This document shows, piece by piece, positions 26,732 to 36,412 of a stretch of 64,000 nt of DNA. This stretch comes from Gemmatimonadales bacterium. Lineage in GTDB: Bacteria; Gemmatimonadota; Gemmatimonadetes; Gemmatimonadales; GWC2-71-9. The first letter of the stretch is position 1, and each line of letters opens with the position of its first letter. The DNA lies in contig DASYRJ010000040.1 of assembly GCA_036004525.1 (NCBI GenBank), positions 5,810 to 69,809 of the forward strand. The letters run 5' to 3'. Below the pieces are notes generated by a model that worked only from the letters and a program-made list of their open reading frames with translations, was not told the origin of the DNA and made no database searches. The translations under genes were made by a program, and so were the position numbers.

Positions 26732-29158
26732 ATGATTCCTAAACACCTTCCGGCGATTCGCGCCCAATCCGCCGCTGCCGCGGCCGTGCGGCGCGCGACC
26801 CCGCCGCATTCCCCGAGTCTGGCCGACGAAGACACCGGCCCCGATTGGCGGCGCATCGCGAGCGCGTTGTGGCGCTTCAAATGGGTAGTGATCCTCATGG
26901 CGGCCGCGGGCCTCGGGGCGGCCGTGGCCGCGACGCGCGTCCTGCGCCCCCTATACGTGGCCCAGGCGAACATCGTCATTGACGTTCCGGATCGCCGCGG
27001 CGGCACGGGCACCGATGCCCGAGGCCCGATCCGCTCGGGCGCGCTGCTCGACGCGGATGCCTGGGTCGAGCTGCTCCGGTCGTACGTCGTGCTCGACCAG
27101 GTCGTGCGTGATCTGCGCCTGTACTTGGAGGTCAAGGGGCCGGGGGACCGAGCGGGGTTCGCGAGCTTCGGCGTGAACGACGACTTCCGCCCGGGTGACT
27201 ACCGTCTGAGTGTGAGCCCCTCCGGTCGGGAGTACACTCTGTCCTCCGCCGGTGGTATTACGCTCGAGCGGGGGAGTGTCGGCGACTCGGTGGGCGGCCG
27301 GTTCGGCTTCCGCTGGGTTCTGGCGGCGGGCACCTTCGCGGCCGGCCGCACGGTCGAGTTCTCCCTGGTGCCGCCGCGCGACGCTGCGCTGCGACTCGGC
27401 GAGCAGCTCGATGTCCGAAAAGACTTGAACGGCAGCTTCCTGGCCGTGGAACTCCGGGGGACGAATCCGGTTCTGATCTCCAACATTCTGAACGCGGTGA
27501 CCAAGCGCTATGTGGACGTCGCGGCCCAGCTCAAGCGCGAAAAACTCACCGAGCTGACGAAGATCCTCGACGATCAGCTCACGACCGCGCAGCGGAACCT
27601 CGATGATGCCGAGACCGCACTCCAGGCATTCCGCACCCGCACCATCACCCTGCCGACCGATCAACCGGTGGGGGGTGGCGGCCCCGATGCGCGTGATCCG
27701 GTCCGCACGAGCTTCTTCGATATGCAGGTCGAGCGCGACCAGCTGCGCCGCGACCGCGACGCGATCGGGCAGCTGCTCGCTCAACCGGGAGACTCCGGCC
27801 TGCCCGTCGACGCGTTGTCGGCCATCGGCTCGGTCGCACACGCCCCGGAGCTGTCGAATGCCCTGAAAGAGCTGAGCGACAAGCAGGCGCAGCTGCGCGC
27901 GCTCCGGTACCACTACACGGATACCTATCCCCCGTTGCAGCGGCTCGTCGCCGAGATCGCCGTGCTCGAGCAGCGCACCATCCCGACGTTGGCGCAGGCC
28001 CTGATGGCGCAGCTCGCGACGCGGGAGACGGAGCTGGGGAGACAGGTGGGCGCCACCTCCCGCGATCTCCAGCAGATTCCCAGCCGTTCGATCGAGGAGG
28101 CTCGGCTACGCCGCAACGCCGACCTGACGGAGCAGTTGTACAGGACCGTAAAGGAGCGTTTCGACCAGGCCCGGCTCTCCGCCGAGGCGACGGTTCCGGA
28201 CGTCCAGATCCTCGACCCCGCGATCGTTCCGCAGCGCCCGGTCAAGAACACGGCGCCGCGGCTGCTGTTCATGGGGCTCCTCGCCGGCCTCGGGCTGGGG
28301 GTGGTGGGCGCGATCGTGCTGGACCGTGTCGACCCCCGGGTGCGCTACCCGGAGCAGGTGTCGCGCGACCTCGGCCTGCCGATCCTCGGCGCCGTACCGC
28401 ACCTCCACACCAAGGACGACCCGGCGGAGGTGGTCGAAGCGCTGCGCGGCGTGTGCCTCAACCTGGTGCACGCGCACGGCACGGCGGGACCGGGGCCGCT
28501 GCTCTTCACCCTCACGAGCCCCGGCCCGGGCGACGGGAAATCGTTCCTCGCGGCCAACCTGGCCCTCACCTTCGCCGATGGCGGCCACCGCACACTGCTG
28601 CTGGACGGCGATATCCGCCGTGGCGTGCTGCACCGCCGGTTCAACGGCAACCGGCAGCCGGGCCTGGTCGATTTCCTGCGTGGGGACGTGGGGCGCGACC
28701 AGATCGTCCAGCCGACGCCGTATCCCGGGCTCTCACTCATCGGCTGCGGGACGCGGACTCAGCGCGCGCCCGAGGTACTCGGTTCTCCGGCAATGGGCGA
28801 GCTGGTCGCGGGCCTGCGGCCGGACTACGACGTGATCGTGGTCGATAGCCCCCCCCTCGCTGCGGGGGTCGATCCGTTCATCCTGGGAACGGTGACGGGC
28901 GCGTTGGTCCTGGTGCTGCGCACCGGGCACAGCCACCGTGACGTGGCGGGCGCCAAGCTCGAGGTGCTGGAGCGCTTGCCGGTCCGGATGCTCGGCGCCG
29001 TGTTGAACGACGTCCCGCGCGGCGCCGCCTACGGGTACTACGCGTACTACTCGTACTATCTGCCCGGTTATGAGGCGGTGGACGAGAGCGACGGCCGGGG
29101 CGGCGGGGTGGAGGCGGGAGCGGGAACCGGGCGTCGGTCGGGCCCGCGCGTCGTCTAG
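26732..29158 (+). CDS. Polysaccharide co-polymerase (Wzz/GumC-like) fused to a BY-type tyrosine autokinase
   Basis: The ORF track starts at a TTG at 26714; the ATG at 26732 is preferred. It has a TM helix, a long coiled periplasmic region and a second TM. Walker A is SPGPGDGKS, A' is LLLDGDIRR and Walker B is VIVVDSPP. The tail is Tyr-rich (YGYYAYYSYYLPGY). Confidence 0.85.
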   Translation: MIPKHLPAIRAQSAAAAAVRRATPPHSPSLADEDTGPDWRRIASALWRFKWVVILMAAAGLGAAVAATRVLRPLYVAQANIVIDVPDRRGGTGTDARGPIRSGALLDADAWVELLRSYVVLDQVVRDLRLYLEVKGPGDRAGFASFGVNDDFRPGDYRLSVSPSGREYTLSSAGGITLERGSVGDSVGGRFGFRWVLAAGTFAAGRTVEFSLVPPRDAALRLGEQLDVRKDLNGSFLAVELRGTNPVLISNILNAVTKRYVDVAAQLKREKLTELTKILDDQLTTAQRNLDDAETALQAFRTRTITLPTDQPVGGGGPDARDPVRTSFFDMQVERDQLRRDRDAIGQLLAQPGDSGLPVDALSAIGSVAHAPELSNALKELSDKQAQLRALRYHYTDTYPPLQRLVAEIAVLEQRTIPTLAQALMAQLATRETELGRQVGATSRDLQQIPSRSIEEARLRRNADLTEQLYRTVKERFDQARLSAEATVPDVQILDPAIVPQRPVKNTAPRLLFMGLLAGLGLGVVGAIVLDRVDPRVRYPEQVSRDLGLPILGAVPHLHTKDDPAEVVEALRGVCLNLVHAHGTAGPGPLLFTLTSPGPGDGKSFLAANLALTFADGGHRTLLLDGDIRRGVLHRRFNGNRQPGLVDFLRGDVGRDQIVQPTPYPGLSLIGCGTRTQRAPEVLGSPAMGELVAGLRPDYDVIVVDSPPLAAGVDPFILGTVTGALVLVLRTGHSHRDVAGAKLEVLERLPVRMLGAVLNDVPRGAAYGYYAYYSYYLPGYEAVDESDGRGGGVEAGAGTGRRSGPRVV

Positions 29159-30108
29159 CCGACCGAGGGGCCGGTGCCCTCGTCGTAGCGCCGAATCCAG
29201 GACGCACCGCCCACGGGCGTGCCGCGGCGCAACGCGGCGCTCGCGCGGATCAAGAGGTCCACGGGCTGAATCGGCGCATGCCCTACGTTGGTCACCGCCT
29301 CATAGCCGACCCGCACGCCGCGCAGCGGCAATGGCGGCCGGGCAGCTCGTACGCCGTCCTGGACCGCGTGGAGCAGCCGTTCGGCGAGCTTCATGGCGCC
29401 GGCCGCGTCGGTCGCCGGCGCGATCACGGCGAACTCGGTGGGGCCGAGGCGGCCGACGGCATCGGAGAGCCGCGGCGCCGCTTTGAGGACCTGCACGCAC
29501 CGCAGGATCGTCCCCGCGGCGGCATCCGCGGCCGCGGCCGCGCCGGGCTCGAGATCGAGGGCGAACGCGACGCACGCGAGCGCGCCGTGCTGGCGGAACG
29601 CCTGCGAGCCCAGCTCGCGCGCCCGGCGCGCCATGCCCTGGCGGTTGTACAGCCCCGTCGCGGGGTCGAGCAGGCCCTCCGCCCGCGCCCGGTCGGCGTC
29701 CAGCTTGGCCCGCATGTAGGCCTGGACTTTGAGCACCAGCTCCTCCGCATCCATCGAACGGCCGACGCACTCCCACGCGCCCGCTCGCATCGCGGCGACA
29801 CGCTGCTCCAGCGTCGGCGCGTGCGGCGTCGTCACGAGGATGGGCGTACTCTCCCACACGCGAGGATCTTGTCGCAGCAGACGACACAGCTCGAGCCCGC
29901 TCATGTCCGTGAGCACGGCGTCGATGAGAATCGCGTCGGGCTGCGTCCCGCGGGCGCGCAGGAGCGCGTGTCGCGCGTCGGAGGCTTGGAGCACGGCGAA
30001 GCCGTTGGGCGCGAGGATCTCGTCGAGCCAACGGGCGGTCCCAGTGGGATCGCCGACCACGAGGATGAGTGGTAGGCTGGCTGGTCGCGGTCCTTCGGGC
30101 TCGGTCAT
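29155..30108 (-). CDS. Response-regulator receiver + degenerate GGDEF domain protein
   Basis: The REC-like N-terminus reads LILVVGD...ILIDAVLTDMSG...ILVTT. The GGDEF-fold start reads DPATGLYNRQG. The signature motif is replaced by RLGPTEF. Alternative GTG start at 30117. Confidence 0.7.
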   Translation of the reverse strand: MTEPEGPRPASLPLILVVGDPTGTARWLDEILAPNGFAVLQASDARHALLRARGTQPDAILIDAVLTDMSGLELCRLLRQDPRVWESTPILVTTPHAPTLEQRVAAMRAGAWECVGRSMDAEELVLKVQAYMRAKLDADRARAEGLLDPATGLYNRQGMARRARELGSQAFRQHGALACVAFALDLEPGAAAAADAAAGTILRCVQVLKAAPRLSDAVGRLGPTEFAVIAPATDAAGAMKLAERLLHAVQDGVRAARPPLPLRGVRVGYEAVTNVGHAPIQPVDLLIRASAALRRGTPVGGASWIRRYDEGTGPSVG

Positions 30109-30526
30109 GAATTGCACGGTGTGGACGCCGGCCGTGGGCGCAAGCCGTGTGCCGCCGGTGCGGCTTGCGTCGGTCGGGCGCTGCGCGGGCGCCGTGCGGT
30201 CCGGCGCGGGCTGCCGCGCCGGCGCAACGCGCCTCCAGCGGGCGGGCCGCCTGCCACGCGCCCGCCCGCGCGGTCTAACCTCTTGTGAAGTAGCACTCTA
30301 GGCGTGGTGTCAGGCGCCGTCGCGACAGTCTGGGCCCCAATCTTGAAGTACGGTCCGGCGTGCGCATCACACGCTCTACGCAACACACCACGGCCGACGT
30401 CAAGGCGCCGCCGGCGCCCCACGCCGCGGACGAGGTGATGCTCGAGACCTTGGCGGAGCTCGCCCAGTTCGGTCTCGACGCCGAAGCTCGCACGCTGCTC
30501 GAGCGCAGCGACGAGGGCCGCTGACC

Positions 30527-32356
30527 ATGTGCGGCATCGTCGGCTACGTGGGACGGCGCGAAGCGACGCCCATTCTACTCGACGGATTGGCGCGGCTCGA
30601 GTACCGTGGGTACGACTCGGCGGGGGTCGCGGTGCAGAACGGCCGGGGCATCGTTACCCGGAAGCTGGCGGGCCGGGTGCCCGGCCTCGCTGCGCTCGTC
30701 GACCGGGAGCCGGTGCACGGCGCGTGCGGCATCGCGCACACGCGCTGGGCCACACACGGCGCCCCGACGGACGGGAACGCCCACCCGCACGCGGATTGCC
30801 GGGGCGACGTGGCGCTGGTCCACAATGGGATCGTGGAGAACGCCGACGTCCTCCGCACGCGGCTCGAGCGCGCGGGCCATCGCTTCACGACGGAAACCGA
30901 CACCGAAGTCGTCGCACACCTGATCGAGGACGCCAAGGGCGCCACGCTCGAGGAGCGGGTGATCGCCGCGCTGGCGCCCGTCGAGGGCACCTACGGCCTC
31001 GCGGTGTTGAGCGCCGCCGAGCCACGGAAGATCGTGGTCGCGCGGCGCGGGTCGCCGGTGCTGCTCGGGCTGGGCGCCGGGGAGTACTTCGTCGCCTCGG
31101 ATGCGAACGCCGTCCTGGCTCATACCCGCTCCGTCGTCTACCTGAACGACGGCGACCTCGCCGTGCTGACGCCCGATGGGTACCGCGTCCTGGACGGCGA
31201 CGCGCGGGAGCAGGAGCGCGCGGTCGCCGACATCGAGTGGGATCTCGAGGCGATCGCGCTCGGGCCCTACCCGCATTTCATGCTCAAGGAGATCTGCGAG
31301 CAACCGGAGTCGGTGCGCAACACGCTGCGGGGCCGCCTCGTGCCCGCCGACGGCACGGCCCGGCTCGGCGGCCTCAATCTCACGCCGGGGGAATGCGGGC
31401 GGATCCGGCGGATCGTCATCGTCGGGTGCGGCACGTCATGGCACGCGGGCCTCGTCGGTCGCCACGCCCTCGAAGAGCTGGCCGGCATGCCCGTGGAAGT
31501 CGAGTACGCGTCCGAATACCGCTACCGCCGACAGCTGAGGATCCCGGGCACGCTCACGATCGCGATCTCGCAGTCCGGCGAAACCGCCGACACGCTCGAA
31601 GCGCTACGCGCCGCGCGGGCCGCCGGATCGCGGGTGCTCGGCATCGTGAACGTCGTGGGCAGTACCATCGCGCGCGAGGCGGACGGCGGCATTTACCTGC
31701 ACGCGGGCCCGGAGATCGGTGTCGCCTCGACCAAGGCGTTCACCTCCCAGGTCGTCGCCCTCCTGCTGCTCGCCCTGTTCCTGGGCCGCCAGCGCGGGCT
31801 GCTGACCCTGGAGGAGGGCCGCCGGATGACGTCGGAGCTGGCCCGGCTGCCCGAGCTGGTCGCGGAGACGCTGGAGCTGGAGCCCCAGGTGCGGCGGGTC
31901 GCCGAGCAATTCGGCGGCGTCGGCAACGCCCTCTACCTCGGGCGAGGCATGAACTACCCCGTCGCGCTCGAGGGGGCGCTCAAGCTCAAGGAAATCTCCT
32001 ACATCCACGCCGAAGGCTATCCCGCGGCGGAGATGAAGCACGGGCCGATCGCGCTGATCGACGAGAATATGCCCGTCGTCTGCATCGCGCCCAAAGACCC
32101 GGTATTTGCCAAGGTGGTTTCCAACATGCAGGAGGTGCGGGCGCGGCGCGGCCGGATCATCGCGATCACGAGCGCCGGAAACGGCGATTTGGGGCCGCTC
32201 GCCGAGCACCAGCTGCGCGTGCCGGCGAGCGATCGGCTGCTCTCGCCGGTCCTGACGGTCGTTCCGCTGCAACTGCTCGCGTATCACGTCGCAGTGCAGC
32301 GCGGGTGCGATGTGGATCGCCCCCGTAACCTGGCAAAGAGTGTGACGGTCGAATGA
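30527..32356 (+). CDS. glmS: Glutamine--fructose-6-phosphate aminotransferase (isomerising)
   Basis: 609 aa with MCGIVGYVG, two SIS domains and the canonical C-terminus KSVTVE. Confidence 0.95.
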   Translation: MCGIVGYVGRREATPILLDGLARLEYRGYDSAGVAVQNGRGIVTRKLAGRVPGLAALVDREPVHGACGIAHTRWATHGAPTDGNAHPHADCRGDVALVHNGIVENADVLRTRLERAGHRFTTETDTEVVAHLIEDAKGATLEERVIAALAPVEGTYGLAVLSAAEPRKIVVARRGSPVLLGLGAGEYFVASDANAVLAHTRSVVYLNDGDLAVLTPDGYRVLDGDAREQERAVADIEWDLEAIALGPYPHFMLKEICEQPESVRNTLRGRLVPADGTARLGGLNLTPGECGRIRRIVIVGCGTSWHAGLVGRHALEELAGMPVEVEYASEYRYRRQLRIPGTLTIAISQSGETADTLEALRAARAAGSRVLGIVNVVGSTIAREADGGIYLHAGPEIGVASTKAFTSQVVALLLLALFLGRQRGLLTLEEGRRMTSELARLPELVAETLELEPQVRRVAEQFGGVGNALYLGRGMNYPVALEGALKLKEISYIHAEGYPAAEMKHGPIALIDENMPVVCIAPKDPVFAKVVSNMQEVRARRGRIIAITSAGNGDLGPLAEHQLRVPASDRLLSPVLTVVPLQLLAYHVAVQRGCDVDRPRNLAKSVTVE

Positions 32357-32985
32357 AACACTACCTGCTGTCGCTGACCATCGCGGCCGGGCTGCTCGCG
32401 GCCGGCCGGGCGGGCGCCCAGGCGCCCGCCGCGGACTTCCAGGCGGGCGACCGCATCCTCCTCCGCGTGGAGGGGGATTCGGTGCTGTCGGACACGTTCA
32501 CCGTGGTGGCCGGCCCCGCGCTGCGGCTGCCCTCGGTCGGCGAGATCTCACTCGCCGGCGTGCACCGCGCCGACCTCGAGACCTATCTGACCCGCGAGCT
32601 GAGCCGCTACCTCAAGGATCCGGTCGTGCATGCGCGCGCCCTGATCCGGGTCGCGGTGCTCGGCGAAGTGCTGCACCCGGGATTCTATGCCGTGCCGCTC
32701 GACCTGGTGCTCGCCGACGCGCTCATGGTGGCGGGTGGGCCCACCCAGGATGCCAAGGTGGACAAGCTGCGCATCGTGCGCAGCGGGGCCTCGGTATGGA
32801 GTGGGAGCAGGCTGCAAACGGCCATCGCCCGGGGCTCGACACTCGAGGACCTGCGGCTCCGGGCCGGCGACCGGATCGAGGTACCGGGGGGACGCCGCGA
32901 TCCGGAGTCCAAGTGGCGGACCGTCGGGATGATCGTCACGACCGTGGCGACGGCGGTCACCATCATCACGGTCACCAGCCGGTGA
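32353..32985 (+). CDS. Polysaccharide export protein (Wza-like Poly_export + SLBB), C-terminally TM-anchored
   Basis: Has a signal peptide (MKHYLLSLTIAAGLLAAGRAGAQA), LRLPSVGEISLAGV, VAVLGEV..PG.Y and a terminal hydrophobic helix. Confidence 0.75.
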   Translation: MKHYLLSLTIAAGLLAAGRAGAQAPAADFQAGDRILLRVEGDSVLSDTFTVVAGPALRLPSVGEISLAGVHRADLETYLTRELSRYLKDPVVHARALIRVAVLGEVLHPGFYAVPLDLVLADALMVAGGPTQDAKVDKLRIVRSGASVWSGSRLQTAIARGSTLEDLRLRAGDRIEVPGGRRDPESKWRTVGMIVTTVATAVTIITVTSR

Positions 32986-32995
32986 GCGCGCTCCG

Positions 32996-34045
32996 ATGAA
33001 GATCGTCTCGGTGGCCGGCTCCTCGTCCGACGTCGTGACGCTGGCGGCGATGCACCGCGCACTCGAGCAGCGGCCGGCGGTGGATCACGTGATCGTCCAC
33101 ACCGGCCGCGACGACGCGGAGATCGCCGCCCTCTTCGAGGAGTTGGAGATCCCGGGCCCGGCTCACCGCCTGGACGTCGGCGATGCGCCCCACGGCGTCG
33201 AGACGGGCCTGATCATGCAGCGAGTCGAGCCCATGCTGGCGGACCTCGGGCCGGACGTCGTGCTGGTGTACGGCGCGGCCAACGCCGCAGTGGCGGTCGC
33301 GCTGGTCGCGGCGAAACTGGGGAGCCAGCTGGGACATGTGGAAGCGGGGCTGCGCGGCGGCGCCCGTACGTCCGAGATCAACGAGGCGGTGACCGACCGG
33401 CTGGCCGATCCGCTGTTCGTGCCGGCGCGCGACTCGATCGACAACCTGCGCGCAGAAGGGATCGCCGAGGAGCGGATCCACTTCGTCGGCAGCCTCCCGA
33501 TCGACACGCTGCGCCGAGTCCTGCCGCGGGCCGAGGCGCTCGATCCGGCGGGCCGGCGCGGGCTCGCGGCTGGGGGCTACGCCGTCGCCGCGCTGCAGCC
33601 ATCGGCGACGGTGAAGGAGGCCCTGACCGAGCTGAGCCGCCACCTGCCGGTCGTCGACCTGCCGCCATCCCAGTCACACGGTTACCTCGAGACGGTGGGC
33701 CTCGTCGCGGCGGCGGCGCTCGTCGTGACCGATGTCGCCGCATTGCAGGAAGCGACGAGCTACCTCGGCGTCCCCTGTTTGACGGTGGGGTCGAGCACCG
33801 ACCGTCCCGCCACCTGCCGGCACGGAACCAATCGGCTGGTGGCCGCGGAGCGGGCGACGATCGTCGCGGCCGCGAACCGGGCGCTGACGCGCCGTGCCCC
33901 CGCCCACCCCGTGCTCGAACGCTGGGATGGGAACGCCGCCGAGCGCGTCGCGCGTGTCTTGTGTGATGGTGCGGCCTTCCCCGCGGATGGCGCACCCGCT
34001 GAGCCTTGGGCCGCGGCGAGCCCCGAGCCGGCGCTCATCACCTGA
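32996..34045 (+). CDS. wecB: UDP-N-acetylglucosamine 2-epimerase-like protein (divergent)
   Basis: GHVEAGLRGG and NEAVTDRLADPLFVPARDSIDNLRAEGI match the epimerase_2 family. The N-terminus is less canonical. Confidence 0.65.
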   Translation: MKIVSVAGSSSDVVTLAAMHRALEQRPAVDHVIVHTGRDDAEIAALFEELEIPGPAHRLDVGDAPHGVETGLIMQRVEPMLADLGPDVVLVYGAANAAVAVALVAAKLGSQLGHVEAGLRGGARTSEINEAVTDRLADPLFVPARDSIDNLRAEGIAEERIHFVGSLPIDTLRRVLPRAEALDPAGRRGLAAGGYAVAALQPSATVKEALTELSRHLPVVDLPPSQSHGYLETVGLVAAAALVVTDVAALQEATSYLGVPCLTVGSSTDRPATCRHGTNRLVAAERATIVAAANRALTRRAPAHPVLERWDGNAAERVARVLCDGAAFPADGAPAEPWAAASPEPALIT

Positions 34046-34071
34046 ACCTCTTTTCCAGAGGAGATCCGACT

Positions 34072-35508
34072 ATGCGACTGGAACGCAGGCTTGGCGTAGC
34101 GGTGGTCGTGCTGGGGGCCCTCGGCCTCGGCGGTGGCTGTGGCGAGCCGGTGGACCCCGGGCGGCACGTGGTCGCGCCGTCTCTGGCCGCGAGACTCGCC
34201 GCCGCGTCCGCGTCGGACACGTCGTTCGTCGTGGTCAGATACGACGAAGCGGCGACTACCGGCGCTGCCGTCGCCGCCCGCATCAAGGATCTGGGCGCGG
34301 GTGCCCGCGCGCTCATTCAGCTGCCGTTCGTGGGCGCCCTGGCGACGAAGGAGCAGGTAAGCGCCATCGCGGCGATCCCCGGCGTGCTGCGGGTGACGGA
34401 GAACCGGCAACTGCGCTGGCTGTCGCTCGGCCGATCGGCGACGGCGGCCCTGCTCGACGAGAGCGTGCCGACGATCAAGGCCGACCAGGCGCGCGTGCGG
34501 TACGGCGTCAGCGGGCGCGGGATCGGCGTGGCGATCCTGGACAGCGGCATCGACGGGTTCTACCAGCACGACGTGGCGTACCCCACGCGCACCGTGCAGA
34601 ACCTCAAGGTCATCGCCAACGGCCGGGATCTCGTGTGCTTCAAGGATGCGCCGTGCCCCGGCTCGATCTACATCGAGAACCTCGCCAACAGCGAGACGTC
34701 GGTCGGGCATGGCACGCACGTCTCGGGCATCGCGGGCGGGAACGGCACGATGTCGAACGGGCTGTACACGGGCGTCGCACCCGGCGCGAATCTCATCGGG
34801 ATCGGCACGGGCGACGTCCTGTTCGTCTTCTGGGCGCTGGCGGGCTTCGACTACATCCTCCAGAACCAGGACCGCTACAACATCAAGGTCGTGAACAATT
34901 CGTGGGGCTCGAGCGGCCCCTTCGATCCCGATGATCCCGTGAGCGTGGCGTCGAAGCGCGCCCACGACCGCGGCATCACGGTCGTCTTCGCCGCCGGAAA
35001 CGACGGCCCGGACCAGAATACGTTGAATCCCTACAGCGTCGCGCCCTGGGTAATCGGGGTGGCGGCGAGCTGCTCGGTGACCGATTCCCTCGGGCGGGCG
35101 AACCAGTGTGGTGGCGGCAGGATGCTGGCCGACTTCTCGTCGCGCGGCATCCCCGGCGACGCCCTCTACCATCCCACGGTGACGGCGCCCGGCGTGTACG
35201 TGAACTCGACGCGCGCCTCGAGCGGCGCGGTGCTGACCGGTCTGGACGCGCCCAAGGACATGCAGGGGACCTGCGGACTGCGGCAGGAATACATCGCCTA
35301 CTACACCTGCGCCAGCGGCACGAGCATGGCGACGCCGCACGTCACCGGCGTGGTGGCCCTGATGCAGGAACGCGCGGGCGGACGGCTGACGCCGGATCAA
35401 GTGCGCAGCATTCTCGTGCAGTCGGCGGATCCGCTGGCCGGGTACGCAACGTTCGAAGTGGGCGCGGGCCTTGTGAATGCGCTCGCGGCGGTGGGACGCT
35501 CACGCTGA
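34072..35508 (+). CDS. Subtilisin-like (S8) serine peptidase, lipoprotein
   Basis: Lies in ORF 34006..35508, with an ATG at 34072 after GGAG. It has the lipobox LGGGC and the catalytic triad blocks AILDSGID, HGTHVSG and SGTSMATPHV. Confidence 0.85.
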   Translation: MRLERRLGVAVVVLGALGLGGGCGEPVDPGRHVVAPSLAARLAAASASDTSFVVVRYDEAATTGAAVAARIKDLGAGARALIQLPFVGALATKEQVSAIAAIPGVLRVTENRQLRWLSLGRSATAALLDESVPTIKADQARVRYGVSGRGIGVAILDSGIDGFYQHDVAYPTRTVQNLKVIANGRDLVCFKDAPCPGSIYIENLANSETSVGHGTHVSGIAGGNGTMSNGLYTGVAPGANLIGIGTGDVLFVFWALAGFDYILQNQDRYNIKVVNNSWGSSGPFDPDDPVSVASKRAHDRGITVVFAAGNDGPDQNTLNPYSVAPWVIGVAASCSVTDSLGRANQCGGGRMLADFSSRGIPGDALYHPTVTAPGVYVNSTRASSGAVLTGLDAPKDMQGTCGLRQEYIAYYTCASGTSMATPHVTGVVALMQERAGGRLTPDQVRSILVQSADPLAGYATFEVGAGLVNALAAVGRSR

Positions 35509-35537
35509 CGGCGATCCACGAGGACGCGTGCGGTGCA

Positions 35538-35570
35538 GGCCCGGGCTCCCCGCCCGGGCCTGTTGGTTTT
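35538..35570 (+). terminator. Rho-independent terminator after the S8 peptidase gene
   Basis: Stem GGCCCGGGC / GCCCGGGCC with loop TCCCC, followed by TGTTGGTTTT. Confidence 0.65.
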
Positions 35571-35680
35571 GGTGCATGCGCGCGGCGACTGCGGCCCGCG
35601 AGTGAGGCGCCTGAGCGCTGCGGCATCGCTGCTACGATTTCTAGTGCCTTCAGGCGCAAGCAGATGCGCGCCGGAGGAAG

Positions 35681-35695
35681 TGGCACTGCGTTTGC
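35681..35695 (+). promoter_or_regulatory. Consensus sigma-54 (-24/-12) promoter
   Basis: Reads TGGCAC-tgcgt-TTGC, an exact match to TGGCAC-N5-TTGC. It is intergenic and lies about 53 nt upstream of the ATG at 35748. Confidence 0.65.
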
Positions 35696-35747
35696 CTTCG
35701 ACGTGGGCAGGCCCTCGGGCCACACCATTACTCACGGAGGCGACGTC

Positions 35748-36392
35748 ATGTTCAAACTGAGAACCCTCGCGGTGCTGGCGGCACCGGTGGGGATCGCGCT
35801 GGTCGCGTGGAGCTGCGATCGCGGGACCCCGGCCAGCCCGCGTATCGACCGCCCGAATTTTTGGGCTGGGGGAGAGCAGTGTCCCGGTGGCAAATTCACC
35901 GGCGGCGGTCGCATCGATCCTCCAGACCACCAGGATGCGGAAGATCAAGAGGACGGCCCGAGCGGCCCGCAGATGAGCGGGAAGGTCACATTCGGGTTCA
36001 ACGTCCACCTCGGCTCCGATGGCAACGGCGGCTGCGTCGTGGAGAAGGGTGAGATCCAGGTCGTCCATCATCAGCCGCTGTTCCCGTTCCAAGTCACCTG
36101 GCACGTGTCCATCCACAGCGGCGCAAACGACATCGACGGCACCGCCGTGCCGGCGCGCACGTACTTCAGCTCGCGCGGAGGCCTGTGCGTCGTCGTGGGA
36201 CCGACGGCAGCGCGCACGCACGCCGTCACCCTCCAGCAAGAGGGGACGGAGCAGACGCGCATGACCGCCTGCGACAACGGCGAGCCGGGCTCGAGCCCGG
36301 GGTTCGGACCCGATGCGTTCCGGTGGGAGAGTGCGAACTTCGGCGATACGCAGCTGCAGTTCTTGACGGGCGGCAACATCCAAGCGCACTGA
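35748..36392 (+). CDS. Hypothetical lipoprotein (214 aa)
   Basis: Lies in ORF 35106..36392, with an ATG at 35748 after GGAGG. It has the lipobox VAWSC. I recognise no domain. A GKFTGGGRI...KVTFGFNV pattern is present. Confidence 0.5.
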   Translation: MFKLRTLAVLAAPVGIALVAWSCDRGTPASPRIDRPNFWAGGEQCPGGKFTGGGRIDPPDHQDAEDQEDGPSGPQMSGKVTFGFNVHLGSDGNGGCVVEKGEIQVVHHQPLFPFQVTWHVSIHSGANDIDGTAVPARTYFSSRGGLCVVVGPTAARTHAVTLQQEGTEQTRMTACDNGEPGSSPGFGPDAFRWESANFGDTQLQFLTGGNIQAH

Positions 36393-36412
36393 GCAAACGA
36401 GGAGGCTGAGCG

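Noticed and set aside
30118-30526. glmS ribozyme/riboswitch in the long glmS leader
   Set aside because: I could not recognise the conserved glmS ribozyme core. That element is, to my knowledge, essentially restricted to Gram-positive lineages. A covariance-model search (Rfam RF00234) would settle it.
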